A stretch of 40,114 bases of DNA from a virus (IMGVR_UViG_3300045988_176320:1-40114); one strand, 5' to 3'. Positions 7,794 to 17,951 are shown, counted from the first letter of the stretch. The notes: generated by a model from the letters alone, not told the origin. Program-made: numbers and translations.

Positions 7794-8462
7794 TCACCAA
7801 ACGGGAACGTCCATGTTTTTCGTCGTCACCTTTACGACCTTTTCGTCCACAAGCGTCACCTTTACGCTGCGCACGATTGTTCCGCCGCGCAAAAATCCCC
7901 GCCACTGCGTTTTTTCGTAGGTGATTTGTAGTTTGCCGTCATCTTCTTCCTCTTTCGAGGTCGGCTCTCCGAATATTTTTTGAAGTTCTTCTGCCGTCGC
8001 GCCCAAACAAACGGATTTTGCCGTATTTATAAATAGCGCGTGCCTTTGCGCAATGATTGAGACAATTAAAAACCCCAATGAAACCCCAAACAACGCACTT
8101 AATCCTATTAGTAAAAAAATAGAATATGCGAAAGAAACTATTAAACTTATAATAAAAATTCCTGCAAAAGTAGCAAAAACTTTTAAAGAAACAACACTAC
8201 GAAATATAATAAAAACTATAATAATACTTGCAAAAAAAATTATACACGCTTTATTAAATGGCGTTGAATTGTTTGTATTTGCAAGTAAATACAAAACAAA
8301 AAGTACCGACGCAACGAATTCCGAAACTACTCCAACAAGTTTGTATCTTTTTGTAAACCTACTTACTTTGGCAGGTAAATTGCCTATTTGAAAATAAAGT
8401 ATAGTAATTGTAAAACATAACAACAAGCAAACACCTATCAAAACCCACAACCATACAGGCAT
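7794..8462 (-). CDS. Multi-pass membrane protein with a soluble C-terminal domain (moron)
   Basis: 222 aa with about 5 hydrophobic helices. Visibly more A+T-rich than its neighbours. It has its own promoter and is flanked by terminators. Confidence 0.7.
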   Translation of the reverse strand: MPVWLWVLIGVCLLLCFTITILYFQIGNLPAKVSRFTKRYKLVGVVSEFVASVLFVLYLLANTNNSTPFNKACIIFFASIIIVFIIFRSVVSLKVFATFAGIFIISLIVSFAYSIFLLIGLSALFGVSLGFLIVSIIAQRHALFINTAKSVCLGATAEELQKIFGEPTSKEEEDDGKLQITYEKTQWRGFLRGGTIVRSVKVTLVDEKVVKVTTKNMDVPVW

Positions 8463-8480
8463 ATTTTTCTCCTTTTTTAC

Positions 8481-8509
8481 ATTGTGCCTTATAAAACAAA
8501 ACTCGTCAA
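8481..8509 (-). promoter_or_regulatory. Sigma70-like promoter, TTGACG-N17-CACAAT, for the 8462 gene
   Basis: Minus-strand reading: TTGACG (8504-8509) and CACAAT (8481-8486). Confidence 0.4.
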
Positions 8510-8532
8510 GGAATTTGGCATTAAAAACAATT

Positions 8533-8566
8533 TACCCAAAACAAAAAAGGCGCAAAAATGCGCCTT
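8533..8566 (-). terminator. Rho-independent terminator after the 1161-aa gene
   Basis: GGCGCA (8549-8554) pairs with TGCGCC (8559-8564). UUUUUUGUUUU follows on the minus strand. Confidence 0.65.
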
Positions 8567-8584
8567 CTTTGTCGAATAAAGTAA

Positions 8585-11500
8585 TTACTGGTGCGGAAAT
8601 ACGTTTTTGTCGAACTTTCGTATCACCCACGACTTCATTGCTTCGTCTGCCGACAGTCCTGTTATGTTCCTGCCGAAAACAAAGTACCTTTCGCTTGAAT
8701 TTGTCGTGTCGTTTACTTCATTTGTGCTAATAATGGCTATTGCTTTGTACATACCCGTTTCTATCGGTGCACGCATGGCGGCAGGGATTGTTATAACTAT
8801 TTTCCCGCCCGACGTGTCAACCAAAAAATCTGAGTACACATATTGAGAAATAAAGTTAGCGTCAATCGTCTCATTGGAAATTTTATTCAACTCCTCGCCT
8901 AACAACGCTATCGCTATATTCGCGTTATTCTCGCCGCTTTCGTCGGTTTTGTCGCTCCACACCCAACCCGAAACCACAAAACGGTCGCTGTCCGTCAGTA
9001 ATTCGAGATTGTAGTCAAAGCTCAACGCTTCGCGGTTGTCTTTAAGCAACGCCAATCCGCTGGTGTTGTTCATCGCGGCGGCGGTATTGTTTTCGCTCCC
9101 GAATAACGCCGCTATATCTATTTTCGGCAAGGCAGGCAATTCCCTAATTTCCTTGTCCGACAGTGCAAGCGTAGGAAAGATTAAGAAGTCGAACATATCC
9201 GCTCTGCCGTGAACGTCAGGGTATTGAAAAGGACGCAATTGGTTGTATGCTCCGTCTGTTTGTCCAAGCTCGGGAACCCAGTGTTCTGTTGGAGCAACTT
9301 GGTCGCCCGCACTGAAATTGTCTTTCATTCTCCACGAAATGGTGAGCGTATTCCTTATTGAATACGTACCGACAGGGTGTAAAACGCTTGTTATGAAAGT
9401 CTCGTTTCCCGCCACGTTGTCGTCCTTATCAATGTCGTTCTTGAAGATTGTTGCCGCGTATCTCGGATAAGTGGCGGGAGACTGCGAACTCAACGGAAAC
9501 ATAAGCCGCTGTATATAATCCCAACCGCTTTCCTGTATGTAGCTGTCCGTATTCTTGTTATCCCCGTCGGAAGTCCCCAAAACAAGATAGTCGGCAATGA
9601 CCTTTGAACGCCTTATCTGGCTCTGCTCGCTTATCTCGTAAAAACGCGGCTCGCTCGGTATCCCTATTATCTGAGACAGCTTGTTGTAGTCCTTGCTAAA
9701 CTCTACGTCGCATATTACGTGGTCGAAATAAAATACGCTTTTTACCTTTGTGACGTAATAAAGTTCTCCTCGTATCTCGTATAGCTGTCCCGCCCGCTTT
9801 ACGTTAAACAAAGCGTCCGTCCACTCCCGTATTGTATATGTGGTGTTGCCCGTCCGAATTAAGCGACCATACGTATTATCTCCGAATTTTACGCTGTCTG
9901 CGACGGTGTCCTGCTGGTTGTTGAACTGTCTGTGCTGCGGGGCGCGGTCATACTTTGTTTGCAGCAGATATTTCCGTAAATCGGGGCGTGTCTGGTCGGA
10001 ACGTACCGTCTCCTGCGTTCTGTATACTATGTGGAATACATAATCGTTGACTACTATATCTTCCCATGTGGACTTATTAAATACAGTGCCTATTATCCTT
10101 TTTATTGCGTATTCTCTATCTTCGTCCCCTTGATTTACAGCCGGCAACCTGTAATTAAGTCCCTTTATCTTGTTGTCTCTCAAATTGTAGTAAATGGCAA
10201 GCCCTTTATTGGGGACTGTGGTAGGAACGACGTCTAAAAGTTGGTAAATACTTTGTTCGTAAACGTAATTTGTTATGTCAGCCGTCACGCCTTCGGCATT
10301 CCTTATTTCAAGTTTAACAAGCTCAATTATATTTTTCGATGTTTGTATTTCCGCAACGTCGTTATACACGAGGTAATCCTCGCTTGAAGATTTTGGAGCA
10401 ACCCATTCCTCTATTATACCGCCGAGCTGCACCATGTTTGTTACGTAGGACGAGCAGGCGGCAATGTAATCCTCTATGCTGCGCGAATTAAATACAGACA
10501 CGTCATTATTAATCCCTGTTGACTGCTCCGTAATCCCCAATCTGCGCCATTCCACAACAAAGCGATTATCCCGTCCAAAGCGCACTTTCGGTATGGCGTG
10601 AATATATTTGCCTATGTCTATAAGCACTTCCCACCAATTTTTTTGATTATAGAAGTTTTCCACAATCTGCGTGTTTCTCAACGCAAGCGCGTCGTTTTCT
10701 TCGAGGTAATACGATTGTGGGGTTTCGTCTATGGACGTTTCCGGAATTTTTCTCACAAGCTGCGTGGATAGCTGCGCTTTATTAAACAATTCATAAGCAG
10801 TTGCAATATTCGCGCTTTCTAACCACGTCGTCACGGGGCTGCTTGTGAAAAAACTCATGGCGGCTTGCGGCGTTGAGTTTTGCGTATATGTCGAAGTGTT
10901 CTTTGCATTCCAATATATTCCCAAAGAAATTGTCCTTGTCATGCCGTAGTAAAAACTGCAAATTCTCGGATTCGCTGGTTCTGTAAACTGATACATTTCT
11001 TCTGTTGGAAGCAAATTTGCCATATTCACATAAACCGAGTATGAATATCCGTATTTTGCAGTAAACTGTATTACTCTGTTTTTCCTTGTTGTGTCATATT
11101 GTGTTACTCGTTTTACCCAACTTTTTAAATAGGGTTCTGTTAATTGCCCAAGAATATTAGTTCTGCTATAAGAGATACCCTTGCTAAAACTATGTACAGC
11201 CAAAACGGGAGATTCCCACCCTTCGTCCCAATAGCCCTCGACAGGGTCGCTGTCAACAGGGTCTACAAACATGTTTACAATGGTTTCTTCTTCCTTCGTG
11301 GTAGAAGATTTTTGAACTACTTTTACATTCAAAGAACAGTAACCTTGCATGGTGTAGGTCTTTGCATTGCGCGTTCCGTAATATATCCTGAGCATGGGCA
11401 CGGGCAGCCGTATTTCTTTTTCTTCGCCAACAGGTATTTCTTGATATTTCAGAAAATTGTCCCATTTAACGTCGGAAGGCTTAACTGGTCCGTTGCCCAA

Positions 11501-12070
11501 ATCTACCTCATACCAGTCGGGGAAGACCCACTCGAATTTCTTGCCCACACGGTGTTCTATTTTAGCAAATGAATTATACAGTCCAAAAGGCTCGGATACA
11601 ATATCGCTCGGCACGGTATACGTAGGTATTACTTTTTCCGTGCGACTATGTTCGGACTCCTTATCCAAGTTTACATTTTTCAGCCTGTAAGTGACGGCAA
11701 TATTATCCACAAGCCGCCCCTGCGCGTCAACGGAAGCCTCGTCAAAATAGATATGGTGGTCGAAATAGTTTGCGTCGCTTATAATCGGCTGCGTCACAAT
11801 ATCCTGCGCGACGCACAAATGGAAGCTCTCCCACAGCTGCGCCTCCGCGCTCCCCTTGCGTTTTTCCCAAAACTCCAAAATAAACTTGGTTTTGGGCGCA
11901 AACTCCTTTGAGAAGTTCAGCCCCGCAAGCGTCACCTCCGCCATGTCGAGAGTTTCGTCCAACTTCTCGTCCGTACTCACGCCCTGCAAGAGATGTGCGG
12001 AATAATCCGTGCCCCTGTAAAAGTTTTCTTCCTGCATACTGTCGTAAAGATAAATTTTCGTTATAATCAT
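8585..12070 (-). CDS. Large virion / tail protein (1161 aa), function unassigned
   Basis: Longest ORF, located in the structural module. No motif was recognised by eye. Confidence 0.8.
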   Translation of the reverse strand: MIITKIYLYDSMQEENFYRGTDYSAHLLQGVSTDEKLDETLDMAEVTLAGLNFSKEFAPKTKFILEFWEKRKGSAEAQLWESFHLCVAQDIVTQPIISDANYFDHHIYFDEASVDAQGRLVDNIAVTYRLKNVNLDKESEHSRTEKVIPTYTVPSDIVSEPFGLYNSFAKIEHRVGKKFEWVFPDWYEVDLGNGPVKPSDVKWDNFLKYQEIPVGEEKEIRLPVPMLRIYYGTRNAKTYTMQGYCSLNVKVVQKSSTTKEEETIVNMFVDPVDSDPVEGYWDEGWESPVLAVHSFSKGISYSRTNILGQLTEPYLKSWVKRVTQYDTTRKNRVIQFTAKYGYSYSVYVNMANLLPTEEMYQFTEPANPRICSFYYGMTRTISLGIYWNAKNTSTYTQNSTPQAAMSFFTSSPVTTWLESANIATAYELFNKAQLSTQLVRKIPETSIDETPQSYYLEENDALALRNTQIVENFYNQKNWWEVLIDIGKYIHAIPKVRFGRDNRFVVEWRRLGITEQSTGINNDVSVFNSRSIEDYIAACSSYVTNMVQLGGIIEEWVAPKSSSEDYLVYNDVAEIQTSKNIIELVKLEIRNAEGVTADITNYVYEQSIYQLLDVVPTTVPNKGLAIYYNLRDNKIKGLNYRLPAVNQGDEDREYAIKRIIGTVFNKSTWEDIVVNDYVFHIVYRTQETVRSDQTRPDLRKYLLQTKYDRAPQHRQFNNQQDTVADSVKFGDNTYGRLIRTGNTTYTIREWTDALFNVKRAGQLYEIRGELYYVTKVKSVFYFDHVICDVEFSKDYNKLSQIIGIPSEPRFYEISEQSQIRRSKVIADYLVLGTSDGDNKNTDSYIQESGWDYIQRLMFPLSSQSPATYPRYAATIFKNDIDKDDNVAGNETFITSVLHPVGTYSIRNTLTISWRMKDNFSAGDQVAPTEHWVPELGQTDGAYNQLRPFQYPDVHGRADMFDFLIFPTLALSDKEIRELPALPKIDIAALFGSENNTAAAMNNTSGLALLKDNREALSFDYNLELLTDSDRFVVSGWVWSDKTDESGENNANIAIALLGEELNKISNETIDANFISQYVYSDFLVDTSGGKIVITIPAAMRAPIETGMYKAIAIISTNEVNDTTNSSERYFVFGRNITGLSADEAMKSWVIRKFDKNVFPHQ

Positions 12071-12074
12071 TAAA

Positions 12075-12635
12075 TCACCTCAATCTTCCGTTTGTCCAAT
12101 CCGTTCCCGCTCTCGCCCTCTGATACTCAATTGAACTTTGCTCTTTGAAAATAGTAAAATTATACTCGCGTTCCCGCTTGGAGTATTTGGAGAGCAGGCT
12201 CGCCCCCGACGTTATTCCCGACAGCGCGCCCCCCAATATAATCCCGACAGGACCAGCCCACGCCATTGAAACGCCGCCCATGACGACGCTATAAGCAAGA
12301 GAGGTCGTGTCCTTTAACACCTCTATCCTCCTCTCCGTCCTGTCCTGTAACGCTTGGTCGCCGCTCTGAATTCCTATCCCCGACGCCCAATAATCTATGG
12401 CAAGGTCAGCACCCTGCTTGACGGTGGACAATATGTGCTGCATATTCGCACTCACTACACGCTTCGTGCGCGTATTCATGCCCGTGCCCGTTCCCAAGCC
12501 CTCGCTTTCCTCGCCGCCTGCGGCGGTAGTCTTGTCGGCGTCGGTTTCCTTTGTTCCCGCGCCCCCCGATACTCCGCCGCCGCTTTGCTTCCTCACTATA
12601 ACTTCAATTCTCTGCGTCCCCTGCTGGTACAGCAT
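12075..12635 (-). CDS. Virion-associated protein with a Gly-rich N-terminus and a hydrophobic segment
   Basis: 186-aa ORF containing GGVSMAWAGPVGIILGGALSGITSGASLL, in the structural operon context. Confidence 0.65.
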   Translation of the reverse strand: MLYQQGTQRIEVIVRKQSGGGVSGGAGTKETDADKTTAAGGEESEGLGTGTGMNTRTKRVVSANMQHILSTVKQGADLAIDYWASGIGIQSGDQALQDRTERRIEVLKDTTSLAYSVVMGGVSMAWAGPVGIILGGALSGITSGASLLSKYSKREREYNFTIFKEQSSIEYQRARAGTDWTNGRLR

Positions 12636-12651
12636 TTTTTCCTCTCCTTAT

Positions 12652-14406
12652 TTACGGATTGGTCGTATACGTGACCGTAACGGTTGAGCGGCGGTATTCG
12701 TTAGGCGAACTTCCCGCACTCGTCTGATTTTGGAATCTCTCCCAGTTCACCCTATTTAAAGGGTCGTCAATATCCGGTACGGGCGCAAACTTTACTTTCA
12801 ATACCCCGCCTTCTATTTTCCAGTCAACGGCATTGTCTGTTACAGCGTCGTCGTTCCACTTGAACCCTTTCATTTGCACTAGCAGAATTTCCTCGATGAC
12901 CGCATTTTCAAGCGGCGTGCCCGCCAATGTAACGTCTATCCATTCGAGCCTTTCCGCTTCGTCGGGATTTAAAGGCGAAGATTTACCGTAAGGCTCGGGC
13001 GCAACCTGCATTTGGACGGTCGTAACGTCGAACACTATGCCCGTATACGGGAAAGTGGCTGTTTCTTCGACAGGCTCGGGAACACTTATCTCGAATATAG
13101 CGCATACGTCAATGTCTCCCGTGACATTCACGTCCTGCCGCGTCGCCCCGAGCCGTCCGTCCGACCATTCGGAAAACTCCCAACCGTTAAGCGGGAAAGC
13201 GGTAACGGACGTTGCGTTGCCGCCGCTTACCACCGTCTGTTCCGTATTCCCCAAGATTATGCCGCGACCCGAGCACACGCCGTACTTGACGCTGTACGTT
13301 TGGGGAGTCGGCGGCGGCGAAATCTCCCAGCCGAGCCTGCCCCAGCCTTTGAGAGTTAAGCTCGACACGTTGAAATCGCTGTTGGTTATAACTTTCTGTA
13401 TGTTGTCTATCATGTCCTTGAAGACATAGCTGTGCTCCGCCGTCGTGACACGAACGTATACGGGGATATTCACGTCCTGCGCCTCCGACACAATTCCGTC
13501 CACCCTGTAAGCCCCGCACCGCCAGAATATCTCGTTAAGCCGCTGCGTAAGCGTTTTGTTGAAGTCGAAAAAGGTAAAGGTCTTGACGACGGACAGCGTC
13601 GTCGCCAAAAATCCCGTAAGGTCGGGTCTCTCGCTCGTCGGGATTGCGTTGGACGTGAATATAGCCTGCCAGCTTTGTTTGGTTATGGGCACGGTCAAAA
13701 ACTTGGTCTCGCCCACCACATTCCCCTCCGCGTCGTATTCGTCATCGCCGTCGAGAGATATTTCTATGCGTTGGTCGGAGTAGTTGAGCGCGTCGGACAT
13801 GTAGCTTATTTTAAACCCCGCACTCACCCGCACGCACTCCCCATATTGTGTAGTCGCAGGCTCTTCGTCGTACATGAGCGTGCCCAAAAGCAGATACGCG
13901 GTGACCGTGTCCCCGTATGCGTTCATTATTTGCTCGGGGTTGCCTATGTAGTTGTTGCGGATTTTGGTCACGTAATAATCCAAATTCTTTACTTTGTCGC
14001 TCTGAATAAGGAACGTAATGCGCCCCGCCTTTACCGCGTTGTCTATGTCTTGGCTGGTCGTAACCTCTTCGTCCACAAGCTCCACGAGCGCATACGCCTG
14101 AGAGAGCGAGAACTCTATGCTCCTTACCCAATCGTCAAACGCCGAATAGGGAGCCGCGCCCCCGCCCTCGTCCTTTGTTTCCACGAGCCGCTCTTTCCAC
14201 GTGTAAAATTTAATGCCCAGATACTCCGCAAGGTCTATGTTTTCGCGCTCTCCGTCCTCGTTGACGAGCAGAATAGTCTCCGAGTTGGGATTGTCCCTGC
14301 GCGTCACGATACTCCCGTCCGCCTGCCGTTCGGGAATATCCGTTCCGTTGAAAATCTCCTGCCAGATATTTTTAATATCCTCTGCCGTCAAAATCGTTCT
14401 TTTCAT
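12652..14406 (-). CDS. Virion / tail protein carrying a Listeria-Bacteroides (InlB B-repeat-like) domain
   Basis: 584 aa. The segment YSVKYGVCSGRGIILGNTEQTVVSGGNATSVTAFPLNGWEFSEWSDG has the G-x-F/W-x-GW signature of that repeat family. Confidence 0.8.
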   Translation of the reverse strand: MKRTILTAEDIKNIWQEIFNGTDIPERQADGSIVTRRDNPNSETILLVNEDGERENIDLAEYLGIKFYTWKERLVETKDEGGGAAPYSAFDDWVRSIEFSLSQAYALVELVDEEVTTSQDIDNAVKAGRITFLIQSDKVKNLDYYVTKIRNNYIGNPEQIMNAYGDTVTAYLLLGTLMYDEEPATTQYGECVRVSAGFKISYMSDALNYSDQRIEISLDGDDEYDAEGNVVGETKFLTVPITKQSWQAIFTSNAIPTSERPDLTGFLATTLSVVKTFTFFDFNKTLTQRLNEIFWRCGAYRVDGIVSEAQDVNIPVYVRVTTAEHSYVFKDMIDNIQKVITNSDFNVSSLTLKGWGRLGWEISPPPTPQTYSVKYGVCSGRGIILGNTEQTVVSGGNATSVTAFPLNGWEFSEWSDGRLGATRQDVNVTGDIDVCAIFEISVPEPVEETATFPYTGIVFDVTTVQMQVAPEPYGKSSPLNPDEAERLEWIDVTLAGTPLENAVIEEILLVQMKGFKWNDDAVTDNAVDWKIEGGVLKVKFAPVPDIDDPLNRVNWERFQNQTSAGSSPNEYRRSTVTVTYTTNP

Positions 14407-14412
14407 TTCGTC

Positions 14413-15033
14413 TCAATCTCCTACTTTATTTTTCCACATTTGCCTGAGCTGATTGTAATCGAGCAATCTCCCGCGCTGCGGTATAGCGTCGAAATTTTCC
14501 ACTCCCCACTTCTTCTTGGTCTTGGGGAAGTCGTCGCCGTACACGATGTTCTCCATTATGTCCGTCATGAGCGCCTGAATCTGCCGCTTACTCATTCCCT
14601 CTATCTCCTGCATGGACTGCGCCCTCAGATACAGCTTCGAGCTAATCCCATACAACCGAGCGTTCTTTTCGCCCTCTTTTAACGCGTCCCTAATCATGTC
14701 GGCGTTGTTGACCGTCCATTTCATTATTTGCTTCTGCGCCACCAGAGCCTCGTAAACGGCATTTACAGCCGCGTCATGGTCTCCGACGAGTGTTCCGTCG
14801 ATTATTATGGTATCTCCCGATTTAGACGGGTTTAAGGGCTTGTAGTAAGGTCTCGCCGCTTTTACCGACGTGTCGTACACAAGACGCGGGACGCTCTTGG
14901 GGCTTGTCCGCACCATCGTCTTGCCGTCCTCCCTCTCCCGCTCGCGATAGTTTATAAGCGGGATTTTCCCCGCCAGCTTTTTGTTGTTGAAGATGTCTTT
15001 GAGCGTGAATATCTGTGAAAACCGCGTCGCCAT
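14413..15033 (-). CDS. Hypothetical structural protein
   Basis: 206-aa ORF in the head-tail joining region. Confidence 0.65.
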   Translation of the reverse strand: MATRFSQIFTLKDIFNNKKLAGKIPLINYREREREDGKTMVRTSPKSVPRLVYDTSVKAARPYYKPLNPSKSGDTIIIDGTLVGDHDAAVNAVYEALVAQKQIMKWTVNNADMIRDALKEGEKNARLYGISSKLYLRAQSMQEIEGMSKRQIQALMTDIMENIVYGDDFPKTKKKWGVENFDAIPQRGRLLDYNQLRQMWKNKVGD

Positions 15034-15040
15034 TTGCCAC

Positions 15041-15646
15041 CTACAAAATGTTGTTCAGCGTCATGTAGTAAATGCCGAACCGCTTTGGCATTTGCTTATA
15101 CGTCGCTTCGAGGTTTTCCACCGCGTAAAGACTTCCCCCAATCACGAGAAGGTCGTCGGGGCGTACTTCGATGTCGTCATACGTCCGTATGTTAAGCGAC
15201 GACTGCGGCGTTATAAGCCCCTTGACGTATTGAATTGTAGAGCCGTCCACGCTTCCCTTAATCATGTAATCGAAAGAGCCAACGTAGTAATACCTGTTCG
15301 TCTGATACTTCGCCACATTCCCGAAAGACGACTGCAACAGCTCGATAGTCGTGCCCGGTATTGCAAGCGTCCACTCGCTTCCCGTATACTGCCAATACGC
15401 ATGGTTGTAATAAAAACAAACCTTGTCCGATTCCACGCTATACACGACGGAGCTTGCGTTCTTTCCGTCCGCTTGGACGAAAGCGTTGCCCTGCGCGTCG
15501 AACAGCCAATACTTTCCGTCCTCCGTAAGGTAGAGAACTTTTTTCGTGTAGCTGTCCTCCAACACGGTAAAACGCCTGTACAGCATGGCGCGCGGATTTT
15601 TTGTTGTGCTTCTCGGTTTCAAATACATCTTACCAATCCTTTCCAA
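15041..15646 (-). CDS. Hypothetical structural protein
   Basis: 201-aa ORF in the operon context. Confidence 0.65.
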   Translation of the reverse strand: MERIGKMYLKPRSTTKNPRAMLYRRFTVLEDSYTKKVLYLTEDGKYWLFDAQGNAFVQADGKNASSVVYSVESDKVCFYYNHAYWQYTGSEWTLAIPGTTIELLQSSFGNVAKYQTNRYYYVGSFDYMIKGSVDGSTIQYVKGLITPQSSLNIRTYDDIEVRPDDLLVIGGSLYAVENLEATYKQMPKRFGIYYMTLNNIL

Positions 15647-16196
15647 TCGGTCTGAACGGATAGCGTCCGTAGTAGTTCAAGCCGAGCTGCCGCCACGCTT
15701 TCATAGCGTTGGGGTGCATATCCCTGTCCTGCCACCTTATCACGTCCGCGCTCATGTTCTGCATGGTGTCAAGGTCTACTCCGCTTATAGCCGCAATGTC
15801 GCCGTTTGCAAGCATATACTCGCCTTGCAGGAACATGGCTTCCAAAAACTGTGTCCTGTACTCGAAAGGCGTAAATCCGAGCAGCCGCCCCTTCGCTATC
15901 ATGTAGTTAATCTGACTTCTGCTGCTTTTTGACGCGGAATATATCCAGCCGTAGCTTTTGATACGGAGATAGTCCAGAAAATTTTTGACGCGGTTTGCGT
16001 CGTTGCCCTCTATTTCCTTTTCGAGGTTGTGCCCCCTGAACGTAAAATATTCGGGGTTAAGTCGGTACTGGTGAAAAAGTCCGTCGTAAACTCCCCCTAT
16101 CTCCCCCTCGCGGTTGGTAAAGGGGAAGACGATGTCCTTATCGTCCATTTGGAAGAGCATTTCTTTTGTGTATTCGGGGGCTTTGTATATGTACAT
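15630..16196 (-). CDS. Hypothetical structural protein
   Basis: 188-aa ORF. Its start overlaps the upstream stop. Confidence 0.65.
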   Translation of the reverse strand: MYIYKAPEYTKEMLFQMDDKDIVFPFTNREGEIGGVYDGLFHQYRLNPEYFTFRGHNLEKEIEGNDANRVKNFLDYLRIKSYGWIYSASKSSRSQINYMIAKGRLLGFTPFEYRTQFLEAMFLQGEYMLANGDIAAISGVDLDTMQNMSADVIRWQDRDMHPNAMKAWRQLGLNYYGRYPFRPIGKDW

Positions 16197-16678
16197 TATT
16201 CCGTCTCCTTTCTTTCGCTTCCCATGAACCTCGCGCTGTAACTCTCGAAACTTTCGCCGTCCCGAACAGTCCCATGCGCCGCCCTCGCCGCCACGTTAGC
16301 CTTACGCGTCTGTTCGCCCTGCGCGGTAACCGTTCCGTTCTGTCCCGCGTCGAACCTGCCCGTCTTGCCTCTTTCCGGCTTAGCCCCCGCTTCCTTAGTC
16401 GTCATGGCATAGGCGGGAGAGATAGGCGCTTTGTTTCCGTCCGCACCGCCGCTGTCAAGCTCCTGCCGTATTTTCTGCCCCTTTACAGACGTTTCTTTCG
16501 CCGTGCTCAACACTCTGCCCGTCGTTCCTATGATTCTTTTCGCGGGGATATTGTACGCGCTCGGATAAATTATATCCTGCGCCCTCACGTTGTCGTTGAC
16601 GACATACGTATAGCCGTCGGTTGTTTTTCCAAGCCCGCGCCCGTCGCTTCCGTATCCCACTTTTGCAAATTTAACCAT
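16196..16678 (-). CDS. Hypothetical virion protein; start moved to ATG 16678
   Basis: AAAGGTGGA lies 4 nt upstream of ATG 16678. The product begins MVKFAKVGYGSDGRG. Confidence 0.6.
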   Translation of the reverse strand: MVKFAKVGYGSDGRGLGKTTDGYTYVVNDNVRAQDIIYPSAYNIPAKRIIGTTGRVLSTAKETSVKGQKIRQELDSGGADGNKAPISPAYAMTTKEAGAKPERGKTGRFDAGQNGTVTAQGEQTRKANVAARAAHGTVRDGESFESYSARFMGSERKETE

Positions 16679-16690
16679 AAATCCACCTTT

Positions 16691-16721
16691 AAGAAACAAA
16701 GGGCGAGATTGCTCCCGCCCT
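16691..16721 (-). terminator. Terminator / attenuator directly after the major capsid gene
   Basis: AGGGCG (16700-16705) pairs with CGCCCT (16716-16721). UUGUUUCUU follows on the minus strand. Confidence 0.55.
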
Positions 16722-16760
16722 CCTGTCCGTTTCCGCCGTTTTTTACGGCTTTGTCTTTTG

Positions 16761-17951
16761 TTAATTGGTTGTACCGTCGTTAAATACGCCGTCGCCCAAT
16801 ACGCCGTTACCCGTTACCGTCTTACCGTCGATAGGAGTAAACTTAATAGCGGCGACAATCGCCTTGATGTTTTCCGCAGTCCACGCCGTGCCTCTCTTTA
16901 CGACCTTTATCGTTTCGCCGCTCAGAACCTCTACGCCCACCTTCATCTTAGGCAGTATATACACGCCGCCGAAGTATGTGTTGGGATTGGCGATAAGCGA
17001 AGGACCTACGATTCCGCGACACGTGCCCGCGCCGTACACGATAAACGCGTCGATTGTGTCAAGCAATGCAAGCACCGTCGCGTTTGCGGGAACATTTCTG
17101 GGCACGTTGAGCGCGACGTACACAAATTCGCGCACCGCTCTGTTCATGAGGAAGATGTCTACGCCGTCGTACATTCCGCACAAGCCCGTAGCCGTAGTGA
17201 TTCTGACGCTCGCCCCCTCTCTGAACGGATTGGCAAATCCGGTTGCGAGAATTCGCGCCGCCGCTTCGGAAGCGTTCTGCATATACTGACGCTTCATGAC
17301 GCGGTTGAATTGCGTGGACACAAACGCCTGTCTCTCTTCCACAGGCACGACCAACGCGCCAATGGAAGGTATGCCGTCCGTCAATGCCGCATTCGCCGCG
17401 ATGAACGCGTCCGCCGCGCTGCCCTCCACGTTTGCCGCAAGCGACGCGTCGTAGGCAAATGCCGCACCCGCGTTTGTTATGTCGTTTCCGTCCTCGTCAT
17501 AGCTGTCACGGAAAAACGCTTCCCACTGTTTCGCGTATGTGATGACGTTGATTGCCATGCCCGCCGTCTTTATGAGCTGCGCCATGATGACGCTTTTCAA
17601 GTTGGCGGGATTTGCATAAATCTGAGGCGACGTTATAGCCACGCCCTCGTCGTATATCAAATCGACGGGGATTGTGTAATGTACCGACTGCGGCGCATTG
17701 CCGAAACCGCCCTCGTTCTTCTGATTGTGGAAAGTTCCGTTGTTCGCCGCGCCGAGCTGACGGAATCTGGGCGCATACGGCAGCACCCGCATTACGTCTA
17801 TGTACGTTACGCTTTCGACGTCGTCCGTCTTGGTGTATCTGTCCGTGACTCCCTTCCCGTTTATGTGCTGTATTTCGGGAAAAAGGTTGTCGTAAATAAG
17901 TAATTGCGACGCGTGTTCCACGTCAAATCCGTTAATAGTTACAAAACTCAA
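16761..17951 (-). CDS. Putative major capsid protein (TTG start)
   Basis: 396 aa. It follows the scaffold-like gene directly, has a strong AAAGGAGA RBS, and is followed by a terminator. The call is positional. Confidence 0.6.
   Translation of the reverse strand: MSFVTINGFDVEHASQLLIYDNLFPEIQHINGKGVTDRYTKTDDVESVTYIDVMRVLPYAPRFRQLGAANNGTFHNQKNEGGFGNAPQSVHYTIPVDLIYDEGVAITSPQIYANPANLKSVIMAQLIKTAGMAINVITYAKQWEAFFRDSYDEDGNDITNAGAAFAYDASLAANVEGSAADAFIAANAALTDGIPSIGALVVPVEERQAFVSTQFNRVMKRQYMQNASEAAARILATGFANPFREGASVRITTATGLCGMYDGVDIFLMNRAVREFVYVALNVPRNVPANATVLALLDTIDAFIVYGAGTCRGIVGPSLIANPNTYFGGVYILPKMKVGVEVLSGETIKVVKRGTAWTAENIKAIVAAIKFTPIDGKTVTGNGVLGDGVFNDGTTN

Noticed and set aside
13432-14682. A 416-aa plus-strand ORF, and similar long antisense ORFs at 16758-17903, 19726-20394, 14981-15655, 16166-16783 and 21176-21832.
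   Set aside because: They lie antisense to well-supported structural genes. They are Arg/His/Val-rich and low-complexity, lack an RBS and have no operon context. They are typical mirror-frame artefacts.
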